Positions 49,201-55,096 of a stretch of 64,000 nucleotides of DNA are shown here, one piece after another. The notes under the pieces are model-generated. The model worked only from the letters and a program-made list of their open reading frames with translations, was not told where the DNA came from and did no database searches. Origin of the DNA: Bacteriovoracaceae bacterium (GTDB lineage Bacteria; Bdellovibrionota; Bacteriovoracia; Bacteriovoracales; Bacteriovoracaceae); contig CBDCYX010000012.1 of NCBI GenBank assembly GCA_965224385.1, positions 246,426-310,425 on the forward strand, written 5' to 3'. Within the stretch, counting starts at the first letter, position 1. Each line of letters opens with the position of its first letter. The position numbers and the translations under genes were made by a program.

Positions 49201-51464
49201 CGGGTGCGGCCGACTCTAAACAGGCCTGTCCCTTTTCCTGTTCGTCCGGTTATATTGTCAATAGGGGCGGATGGACTTGTGACCTTCCCGCTCCCGGAAC
49301 TTATGGTCTCGCCAACGGAAGCGAGACCGACTGTAACACTATAGGGGGTGCTCCGAACAGCTTTCAGTGGACGCAAAGTCCCGGTGCCGTCACATCGCCC
49401 TCGACTTGTCCTTATGAATGCCGTGCCGGTTATGTGAGCACTTCGGGCGATAGAACATGCAATTACCCGGGAAGGGGAAGATACGTGAACACCGACGGGA
49501 CAACCCAAGTGGATTGCGACAACCTTACCATGATACCGGGGTTTGAAGATTGGGCCGAAGGATTTGCTACGGCCCGTGATAATTGCCCCTTTAATTGCCT
49601 TCCCGGATATATTAGAGACGGGCGGAGTTGCGAGCAACTTGCGTCGATTAAACCCGTAGGTTTGGCGCTTGATAATATTCACAGTTACGTTCTTTTAAAC
49701 TCCGGTGAAGTGGAGGGTTGGGGGGCCTCTACCGAACTTTTCAAGGTGCCTTTTAAAATAGATTTGGGAGTGACAAACGGTGTAAGGAATACTGCCCAAA
49801 AGATTTTTGCGGGAGTTCATCACACATGTATTGTTTTAACAAACGCAAAGCTGGATCACGGGCCGCTTAAGTGCTGGGGGAGTAATGATCTGGAACAACT
49901 CGGAGTGGGGGATAGGATTGAAAGAACCGTTCCCACCGATGTAACCGCCTTGGGTTTGGATGCAAGCAATAATCCGTATACGGCAAAGATTGTGGCGATG
50001 GGTTCGTATCATACCTGTGCTATCTTAAACGACGATACCGTCAAGTGTTGGGGAGGAAACCACGTCTACGGACAGATAGGCGGTACGGCAAGAAATTCTT
50101 TCGGCAATAATACGATTGTAGAGAGCGGTAGCAGGGGTGATCCTTTAAGTGGAGCAAAGGTTGCGGGGTTGGCCACCGGAGGCGCAAGTTGTGCCATTTT
50201 AAAATCAGATAATTCCGTTAAGTGTTGGGGGTTGGATGACTCAGGCCAGGCCGCCGGCGGTGTGCCGAATTTGGGTACCAACAGAACTGCTGTTCAAGTT
50301 GCGGCAGGGTACTACCATGCCTGCGCTCTCCTAGACGATAAGGGCCTTAAATGTTGGGGGGCCGATAACAACGTTACCATTATCGGAACGGGAGGGGTTC
50401 CCGATTTGGGAGGTCAAACGGCCGATTTCGTTACCTCAGGCCTACATGCCGGGTACATCTGTGCCATCTTGAGCGACGACACCGTCAAGTGTTGGGGCGA
50501 TAATAGAGAAGGCCAGATAGGGGGTACCGCTACGACACCTACATCATCCTATGTACAAATACAAAGGGGGACGGCCGGTGGCCCCTTAGGTACGACCTCG
50601 GCCGCTCAGATTGCCGTGGCACAAGGACACGGCTGTGCTATTATGACGGACGACACCGTCAAGTGTTGGGGGGGAAACAGTAGCGGACAGATTGTGGGCG
50701 CCGTTAGAATGAAAGGTGGAACCGACGGGAGCGGGTCGAGTTGGGGAAAAACCGGCCAGTTAACTACGGATTCCACACCGAGTTCTCTTGCCTTGGATAA
50801 AGATAAAAGCGGTAAGATTTGTAAGATAACCTTGTTGGGCGGAATGCCTAGCAGGACTTGGACGCTGAAGTCCTATCAGACGCCAAAACTCTACAATACA
50901 TCAAGAAATACATCTATTTTCAATGCCATTGACAATATGATCGGCAAAATTGGAACGTTTCAATTTATGGGTGCGTCCGTCTCCTTTTCCAGAAAAGGTA
51001 AAAAGATCAAGGCATCGGTGGATAGTTCTATTTTTGACGGCATGACTCTTGGAATCGTCCATGCCGATAGTTCCGGGGACTGTTCAAGTCCGGTGACGAC
51101 CTCCCTTGTTCTTAGTGCCGGAACCGTTGGGGCCAAGGCGACGGGACTTTGGGTTATAGGGGATTCTTTTTCAGGAAAGAGCGACGATACAACCGTTCAT
51201 CTCGACGGTGCGACCGTTGACTTGGGTACCTCCTCCCTTACCAAAGAACAGATTGCCAATAACATCATAGGGAGAGTTATCGACGCCGGTTGGATGGGAA
51301 AACAGTACAAAACGCTACCTTATATGGCCGAAAAAATCGACGGAGCGACCGATTCCGCCGACGATTGCCCAAACAATGACTTCTGTGTTCTCTTCACCCG
51401 TATTTTCCCGGGGACGACCGGAAACGAGGGTATTCCCTTTCCCGACTCGGATTATGCCAAGTAG
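39216..51464 (+). CDS. Giant (4082-aa) surface lipoprotein made of four tandem Cys-repeat/RCC1/C-terminal-module units (family member P2)
   Basis: GGGAGG 8 nt upstream of the ATG. Lipobox ILLVSC. Uninterrupted ORF. The ..DDCP..FCV.FTR.F.G..GN..I.F.DSDY motif occurs four times. Confidence 0.85.
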   Translation: MNGRFGISVVYICLILLVSCGDNSSGGKKSTTSKDIQTLDCSNEIINGTGHKKWNTKTKSYRNVCEISGCYGGFDTLEDSAICLETLIGYYSPPESKLREECPGTPPQNASLVTDTSGISTRHECWICNDGFIKDEQGNCVPPAKGKYVDAEGRESACSPIMGNGFKEFRGHGGTSPEGCNFSCKSSHTKNTQTKTCDERNKASQYCQVGNGEGIRIGGGSTCYITSCDDGYDNIKDRTKCEETPSGFYSFLGRKITCPNPFNSIPTDRTGLSSPYNCYSCEPGYKKRERGSGLCILPFRGKYVDTTGIEQSCTEIQGEGFKSFIKNTEGVMSADECDFVCRKGFKKNIVGRTCDNIALANIPGATPDATPGETPNVVPEVTSEYCSIENGMGQKFCQGGQCGSCEVQRCNKSYKPNTKNSTNHLCTAAVKNCSQEIANGKGRRRWHASTNAYGACKVVQCSIGYVDKKTSCAIPDSGKYADKNGKEKSCESLGGTGSGRFPDNTKGVRRPEDCNFECDAGFVKDVPGYACNIPPTGWYANNRGEKNRCDNMAGSGMGRHLRNTEGVTTAQGCAFTCDLGYVKDMSSYSCNIPNLGKYVGGGVVKNCGIVVHGQRTLNTGAVTTATGCNFACDAGYIKDMRNYSCNIPTLGQYSGPLRTERPCQVIINGRHTANAGAVANPTSCNFACDAGYVKDQDNYTCNVPNLGKYVDNANNELPCTNITNIPDFNSWESGPATDDDSCPFSCQPNFVVNGRTCKKEVPKVTALALEQHKSYALFNNGKVERWGGSLGVPRKVNLGSDKAQAVFSGQNHTCVILKNASLDHGRVLCWGENNYGQLGVGDMIDKSVPTAVTFLGSKTAKALGLGYEHTCALLNDDTVSCWGRGVEGQIGGRGSLPGIKIESGSTNNPLSGGTAVQIAAGYYHTCAILNNGSIKCWGLATSAQTGGGTPSLGNNKTAKHLALADLHSCAVLNDDSVYCWGAGVSGNPIYIGQGGVPDLGHNKTAAFISAGHDNTCVILNDKTVKCWGNNDNNELGGGVPDYTKNNNIYTYRSSKVLRGIKYNPLGGEKALFIAVGRNHACAVVETGNTVKCWGDNAYGQAVGAVKMEGGSDGTGTSSGETAVLTVSSTPTPTALEADAGGKICRISLSGGGLGRTWDIVNNVNLANLPTYNSSNNTSISNAIDNLVNTIGTLHFVGAEITLSRSNNDKIEASVNNAVFDGMTLNIAHDDNSGNCSGLVTTSFMLNGGSGANQAEGVLIVKDDFKGFGDGMVNIDGTDIYLKDVFPAHAIQEIVDKIIGGLSSFNWPGKQFASLPYSAAKLNGDTDNNDDCPSGNFCVVFTRMFAGTAGNEVIPKADFDYDVPSTSVLATTANCGGGLVKNFQGSGSCDTPTSGKYANTFGTPIDCDPVGGVGFNTFTANTGAVTTSKGCAFSCRAGYKKNGYTCAVPTGGMWVDNNGVEQTCTAITLARGASRIWKSGPTSDADSCLFSCSAGHVLNTADRSCDFPPQGSFVDANGLLKGICDPIALAIGATSSWVSGAADSKTACSFSCRSGYLKDETLRACNHPPQGQYVDNNGENPMVCRVPRDANYKQFENGPADSANSCPFSCNQGYIVNLGDRSCDIPSPGRYADNSGNEADCTDNIGGINGASRWIQSQAPVSFQAACPFTCLSGFLKNSLSRKCNYPSLGEYTADGTNTLSCGPISLARGAVASWEGGPADAADACPFTCNAGYFPDKRTCRKINIKPVALALGAESSYVLLDNGTIEGQGNTSDPSKIPLKIDLGTDTAQAISAGDGHRCAILKNGNLKYGRLMCWGRNGSYQLGLSDSNDKTTPTAVTHLGSTSVGSLMVKSVAAGGEHTCALLQNDTVRCWGSNDYTQIGGRSGYYVNNRKIRGSYTDPLLGGKALKIAAGGKHSCAILNNGSLVCWGSDRYNQSSNLNLGAGRTAVEVSTGLIHTCAILNNGDLKCWGGYGPVNNTSSAVRIAMSVPDFGGKAVTQVAGYDHTCALLNDKTVKCWGGNGEGQIGGGIAGVNRLLSGTVGNPLSDRKAFLIAAGAGRSCTILESSDSVKCWGKDDEKQLIGSLGLVGGVNGMGTSAGVSAQLTAASSPSTTALGSDMSAMFCKITLSGGTLTSTQVVKEDLNLTYNSSNGTSISDAITNLVAAVGPTVTFAGAIITLSKNGSDKIEATVDYPFFDGMDLKIHHGQTSCNSPVNTTISLSGGGGAAPAKALWAVKDDFNGLDDHTILLDTVEIDLGSSVLTKEQIVNKVVQEIGGGSWTGEQYITLPYTAVKLDGTTSTSDDCPSGDFCVEFTRVFAGKAGNNGIRFPDSDYEVLSLSAAQLACVSGEVKNLKGAGSCDIPASGKYVNNGQEVDCDPVGGVSNASSFEVNTGAVSSKTGCAFSCQAGYKKDAYACNIPDDGSYADANGNEVSCTDISNTPHFSAWKSGTAADANSCPFSCQTGYLANRPQGTCDIPDPGTFVDASGVEQNCNPVGGVAGVSKWPSNTGPVNLVNCPFDCVSGFLKDSVTRECNYPLLGEYTADGISSLSCGPIIKDDGGFNDWKQGAAFDADGCPFTCNPTYSAEGRACRKIQRRPVALSLGYKTSYALLDTGKVEGWGETIDPLSVPHKINVGADTPQQLSVGGKHRCIILKNGGLDHGPVKCWGENGKQQLGISNDNYQTQPTLVATSTLSTTAKSVSVGGRHTCVLTKNDKVRCWGDVGQLQTGGDPFNITHQGNFVEKGNWSFPLWKGSQNQNANAVSAGYEHTCAILRGVKTVTCWGQDAHGQSAGGSPNLGVNRMANGIEAGTRHTCALLDNDSVKCWGSYGNQTISSSTTLALNGGITNITNGIVDLGSKTAVKLTGAGHTCALLNDETVKCWGINDEGQIGGGVASTGRVLRSSVGDPVSGLAVLDIAAGWDHTCAILKTTNEVKCWGNNSEGQLIGSVTMKNGQDGVGTSTGKTVALSVSTTPSSSTLGKKLSARLCGITLSGRDLQSPWTLQEYDFTYNNRNNVNLRDAIDNVLKKIGSADNAEYSFLTRETVLEFRGAADVSDPLNKITFSVKGGGSKLAASVDTPIFSGMSLNILLANGDCHSSSALSIPLSGGSDTAQASGLWVVGHDFIGSGDTSVQFDGVDIDLGSSALTKKEIADNLVVKIGSASWGGKQYEKWLYTAKTVDSALNSDCPSGDFCVQFTRIFPGMLGNSGIPFADSDYEIPSANALALVCNTGLVKNLLDVTCDNPPAGKYANSGQEMDCDPVGGDGFNVFETNTGAVTSAQGCAFSCNAGYKKATYSCNVPVDGTYVDGTNTPKNCDPVTLALGATSSWISGAADSKQACPFSCSSGYIVNRGGWTCDLPAPGTYGLANGSETDCNTIGGAPNSFQWTQSPGAVTSPSTCPYECRAGYVSTSGDRTCNYPGRGRYVNTDGTTQVDCDNLTMIPGFEDWAEGFATARDNCPFNCLPGYIRDGRSCEQLASIKPVGLALDNIHSYVLLNSGEVEGWGASTELFKVPFKIDLGVTNGVRNTAQKIFAGVHHTCIVLTNAKLDHGPLKCWGSNDLEQLGVGDRIERTVPTDVTALGLDASNNPYTAKIVAMGSYHTCAILNDDTVKCWGGNHVYGQIGGTARNSFGNNTIVESGSRGDPLSGAKVAGLATGGASCAILKSDNSVKCWGLDDSGQAAGGVPNLGTNRTAVQVAAGYYHACALLDDKGLKCWGADNNVTIIGTGGVPDLGGQTADFVTSGLHAGYICAILSDDTVKCWGDNREGQIGGTATTPTSSYVQIQRGTAGGPLGTTSAAQIAVAQGHGCAIMTDDTVKCWGGNSSGQIVGAVRMKGGTDGSGSSWGKTGQLTTDSTPSSLALDKDKSGKICKITLLGGMPSRTWTLKSYQTPKLYNTSRNTSIFNAIDNMIGKIGTFQFMGASVSFSRKGKKIKASVDSSIFDGMTLGIVHADSSGDCSSPVTTSLVLSAGTVGAKATGLWVIGDSFSGKSDDTTVHLDGATVDLGTSSLTKEQIANNIIGRVIDAGWMGKQYKTLPYMAEKIDGATDSADDCPNNDFCVLFTRIFPGTTGNEGIPFPDSDYAK
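43299..46217 (+). repeat. Unit 2 of the giant ORF (973 aa)
   Basis: Starts ..CGGGLVKNFQGSGSCDTPTSGKY and ends ..GDFCVEFTRVFAGKAGNNGIRFPDSDYE. Confidence 0.75.
46218..48863 (+). repeat. Unit 3 of the giant ORF (882 aa)
   Basis: Starts ..ACVSGEVKNLKGAGSCDIPASGKY and ends ..GDFCVQFTRIFPGMLGNSGIPFADSDYE. Confidence 0.75.
48864..51461 (+). repeat. Unit 4 of the giant ORF (866 aa)
   Basis: Starts ..VCNTGLVKNLLDVTCDNPPAGKY and ends ..NDFCVLFTRIFPGTTGNEGIPFPDSDYAK. Confidence 0.75.
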
Positions 51465-51639
51465 TTGCCATGAATATAAACATAACTTACGGTACCCCGA
51501 TGCCAGCGTGGTCTCGTCCGATTTCATGATACTTTTTGCTAACCCAAATCTCTTTACATGTCCTATTAACGGTTCTACTCCGGAAAATACTGCTCAAAAA
51601 TCATAAATTTTAACTTGTTTTGCGACAGCGACTAATTAA

Positions 51640-51731
51640 GACAGTGTCATTAGGAAAATGTTTCGCCTTTGCTTTGGGGAAATGCTTTTTGGAGTCCAAG
51701 TTATTTTGCAGGAAGTGCCGGAGGTGCAACT
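51640..51731 (+). pseudogene. tnpA: IS200-type tnpA remnant (C-terminal ~30 codons)
   Basis: ..LLWGNAFWSPSYFAGSAGGAT matches tnpA 25585-25660 at both nucleotide and protein level. Confidence 0.7.
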
Positions 51732-51957
51732 AATAAAGACCAAATCAGAGAAAGTTGTACAAAAAAATTTCAGGAGATAGCAAATCATTATGGTCTGAAC
51801 ATCGTAAATAAGGAACACTGTCTCTCTTTAGCAAGGAATCCCGCCTGTTTAGGGCAATAATATCGACGGCCGCAATTCCTTCTCAATTCTCTTGAGATTG
51901 TGGGGCCGTTTCGACTCATCTGGCGGCCGATCTCTCGTTGACTCAACCCGCTTTTAT

Positions 51958-52202
51958 CTCAAGTGTGGCCCTAAAACCTCTTCCTTCAGGGAGAGGATGT
52001 GAGGCCACGCCCTTCGGCGAGAAAAAAAAATATTGTCTTTTGAAGAATATCATAATATATTGGATTTGTCGGAACAAAAACCGACCTACCGTAGGGACTA
52101 CGGGATGTGAAGCTCGTGGAGACGATGTAAGACCAAAAACACTTGTTTTAGGCAATTGTCGGTGAAGCAAGAATCTTCTCACTTTAGTGAGGGGTAGTTC
52201 AA
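51958..52202 (+). mobile_element. Non-autonomous IS200/IS605 mini-element, copy C
   Basis: 245 bp. Preceded by TTTAT (51953-51957) and ends in TTCAA (52198-52202). Confidence 0.85.
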
Positions 52203-52291
52203 CAAAGCAATAGTGTAGACTGTCCGGCCTAACCCGACTTGACGCAATGGGTGATGCACTTCTTAGTTGAATTCAGGTAATATAAGAACTT

Positions 52292-52951
52292 ATGTATGGT
52301 TTTAATTCTATTCTTTTAATTTTTTTTCTGACTTTTCAGAACAGTTGCAGCTTATCAAGTCGGCCTACATTGAAAAAATCTCTTCAAAAAGAAAGAATGA
52401 TCATTAAAAAACTCAAACCGAAACTCATTCCAATGCTTTTATTCACAAATGAAGAATTGAAAACTACAAAAGAGGATTTTAAAGATTACTACAATGAATC
52501 TATAAAAGTTCGCATTGAAAATATGGAAAAGTTTATTTCTGATGCTGCTATTCATTGGGTTGATGCAGATTCTGATTCTGATATAGACGAACCTGGTTCT
52601 AAAAAAGAACTTATTTTTTGGACTGAAGGTTTGGCCCAATCTTATTGGGGAGGAAAGGAATTTTTATTTATTATTTCTTTCTCCAAAGATGAAGAACCTT
52701 CACTTATGTTATCTCATCAATTAAAGAATGTTTCTCGAGATAACGAATCCTATCGTTATCGACGTTTTTGGTTACAACCAAATAAGAAAAAGGGATTTAA
52801 TAATCATGTGAGGGCCGTGCTTAGTTATGCGCAATTTGGAGCATCAGGTTCTACCTTCTATACTCTTGAGATTAAATATAGTAGATACACAGATAAGATA
52901 GTTGTTGATACAGTAACTACAGCGACCCCATTTAGCATTGAGATTCCTTAG
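52292..52951 (+). CDS. Hypothetical exported protein/lipoprotein (219 aa)
   Basis: Hydrophobic N-terminus ILLIFFLTFQNSC. No recognised motif. Confidence 0.5.
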   Translation: MYGFNSILLIFFLTFQNSCSLSSRPTLKKSLQKERMIIKKLKPKLIPMLLFTNEELKTTKEDFKDYYNESIKVRIENMEKFISDAAIHWVDADSDSDIDEPGSKKELIFWTEGLAQSYWGGKEFLFIISFSKDEEPSLMLSHQLKNVSRDNESYRYRRFWLQPNKKKGFNNHVRAVLSYAQFGASGSTFYTLEIKYSRYTDKIVVDTVTTATPFSIEIP

Positions 52952-52987
52952 TCTTCGGTAACTGAAAGACATTTTAAGAAGCTAATC

Positions 52988-53235
52988 GAATGAACCCGTC
53001 CCTTTATAAAAGGCATCAAAAAGTGCATCACTGGCAGAGGTTCCCGTTTTGAACCTTTTGCCTGTAAGTGAAGAAATCTTTTTCGCACTGACACTCAGCA
53101 CGAACCGCGCTGCTCCAAGAAAAAAGAAATAAAGATTTGTATTGCATTAGGCCTGTTCAAAGAAGTATTTTTCTGCTTTCATATTATGATGAGAACGATT
53201 AGCGGACTTTATGAGAAATTGTTTTCTCATATTTA
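52988..53235 (+). pseudogene. Remnant of the type-2 IS: leader plus the first 16 transposase codons, cut by another IS end
   Basis: The leader matches the reverse of 8564-8838. MMRTISGLYEKLFSHI (from 53186) matches the N-terminus of 11976..13391. It ends at the IS terminal repeat at 53236. Confidence 0.7.
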
Positions 53236-53305
53236 CTGGAGAGTCCGGAGTTCTTCCATGGAATTACACAAAGCATTCACCTAGGTATATTGCTTGACTC
53301 TCCAG
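53236..53305. repeat. Mini remnant bounded by IS terminal-repeat sequences
   Basis: CTGGAGAGTCCGGAGTTCT (53236-53254) and a partial inverse copy GACTCTCCAG (53296-53305). Confidence 0.5.
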
Positions 53306-53480
53306 TTGTTAAAAACAATTAAATTCTCTTTTAAGGAGAATATAAAAAAAATGTAAATTGCAAAAGATTTTTTTGTAAATTTTTACATTACCGAACCGAT
53401 TAAAACGGTTTATCAATGGTACCGAAGAGTTCCGGACTCTCCTGTTACATAGACGGTCGGGTTTAGTCTCGCAAAAGAAA

Positions 53481-53511
53481 AGAGGATGCGCTTCTAAAAC
53501 TCGCATCCTCT
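53481..53511. terminator. Rho-independent terminator (bidirectional) downstream of 53532..54155
   Basis: AGAGGATGCG-11 nt loop-CGCATCCTCT, flanked by an A-rich tract on the left and TTTTCTT on the right. Confidence 0.7.
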
Positions 53512-53531
53512 TTTCTTGTTCTTTAGGAACT

Positions 53532-54155
53532 TTAAAATGTTTTCGGTTTAAATTCTTTTCCGTTGACGAAGGTACTTATTTTAGCGTCACTCTTGGGAGA
53601 TTGAATCAAGAAAAGTCCCTGCTCATCAATATATTCTTTTATCTCTTCTTCCGTATGGCCTTTGTCATCAATAGTGAGATAGGCAACTCCTCCGTAAACG
53701 GTGCGACTTTCAACAAGGCCCGAGCAGTTTGCTTTAAAATCTTTGAGTTGTCCTAAAAACTTTGTGACATTGTCCTTGATAAGCGTCGTCTTGACCTCAA
53801 ACGCCACGCCCTCCGCTCCATTCACGGCCACAAGGTCGTACTCCGCAACCTGTTTACCTCCCCTAAATCCCTTTACCCTCTTGTGTAAATCGTCAACCTT
53901 GATGCCCCTGTCTTGAAGAAGAGAAATAAGATTACCTCCAACAAGGTTCTCCATAAAACGACCCCACTTGTTGTTAAAATTACCGTTCGCCTTATCTATG
54001 TTGTCGCCAAGTTTTTTTAAATATTCTTGGGTTTCTTGCAGGGCCTTCTCTGTTTTTTGCTGGGCCAATTCTGTTTTTTGTTGGGTTTCCACTAGGCCCT
54101 CAATGGCCCCCCAAGCATCTTCTAAACTTGATTTTCTTTTGGTCGTTGTGGACAT
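53532..54155 (-). CDS. PD-(D/E)XK-type nuclease-fold protein with an N-terminal coiled coil
   Basis: Coiled N-terminus (TELAQQKTEKALQETQEYLKKL). Core EYDLVAVNGAEGVAFEVKT (D...E.K). A truncated paralog lies at 58394-58684. Confidence 0.55.
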   Translation of the reverse strand: MSTTTKRKSSLEDAWGAIEGLVETQQKTELAQQKTEKALQETQEYLKKLGDNIDKANGNFNNKWGRFMENLVGGNLISLLQDRGIKVDDLHKRVKGFRGGKQVAEYDLVAVNGAEGVAFEVKTTLIKDNVTKFLGQLKDFKANCSGLVESRTVYGGVAYLTIDDKGHTEEEIKEYIDEQGLFLIQSPKSDAKISTFVNGKEFKPKTF

Positions 54156-54212
54156 AATCGCTCCTCTGTGGCCTATACGGCCTTTATAACACTTTTTTAA
54201 AATTAGTCAAGT

Positions 54213-54533
54213 TTAAGGGGACTCTCTTTTGGTTTTCTGTCTCTTTCCACTCTTGCGATTTTTCCGATTGTTGAGGTACATATTGTCGACCCCGTAAATC
54301 AACTCAGACCTTTGCCCCGTCAATTTATTACTAAAGGACTCAAGGGAATGCTTTTTAGCATTTTTTGGATTCATCGGGTCTAGTCGATAGAGTGACTCGA
54401 AGGCATAACGGCGAATTTTAGCTATCAATTTATCGGCCGGTGCCCACCCGATCGGCGGAAACAGCATCATACAAATCATCAAAATGACCCACCTAGCGTA
54501 CCTAAAAATAAATTTCTCGACCAAATACTGCAT
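54213..54533 (-). CDS. Hypothetical small membrane protein
   Basis: 106-aa ORF with one hydrophobic segment (WVILMICMMLFPPIGW) and a basic C-terminus. Confidence 0.35.
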   Translation of the reverse strand: MQYLVEKFIFRYARWVILMICMMLFPPIGWAPADKLIAKIRRYAFESLYRLDPMNPKNAKKHSLESFSNKLTGQRSELIYGVDNMYLNNRKNRKSGKRQKTKRESP

Positions 54534-54742
54534 ATTTCCTCCTCGATTTTTTTAGTCCTACAAAAAATAGAAACTCGAAAACTCCCTCAAGTCTAGTCTA
54601 TTTGGACTTTTTTTTGTCTTCGCTTCTGGATTTTGAGAAATCTACGAAGCATGAAAAACACCTATCACCTGTTCAACGGTTCGGCCGAGATCGCACGGAA
54701 AAAAACCCGTGATATGATATAATGGAACTTATGCGCATGAGT

Positions 54743-54777
54743 GGATTCTAGGGCCGGGAAGGGCCTAGAATCCTTTT
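54743..54777 (+). terminator. Strong hairpin + T-run with no annotated plus-strand gene upstream
   Basis: GGATTCTAGG(G)CC-GGGAA-GG(G)CCTAGAATCC followed by TTTT. Confidence 0.45.
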
Positions 54778-55096
54778 AAGGCACTTAGGACGATTGGAAA
54801 AGGCCTTTAAATGTAAAATATGATCCTTACTAGGATAGAAGGGTTTGAACGCTTAAAAAGGCGATTTTGCTCTTTTTTTTTAAAGTTAGTTAAAAATGAA
54901 TAAAAAAAAGCTAGGGGGGTTTGCTTAAATGTTTACCGTCTCGGAGTTCCGAAGGCAAGTAGTAGAAAGTGGGCCCCTACCCTCGAAATTCACCGTTCTC
55001 AATAACAACACAAGGAGATGTTTATGATACGGAGAAACGGGTTGACTCAAGAGCAAGGGCCTTTTATTATAAGTCGCAATTTTTTTTAATGTTCTT

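Noticed and set aside
51732-51860. Continuation of the tnpA-remnant ORF (..NKDQIRESCTKKFQEIANHYGLNIVNKEH..), considered as a fragment of a second TnpB-like gene.
   Set aside because: The similarity to TnpB segments is vague and could not be aligned convincingly by eye.
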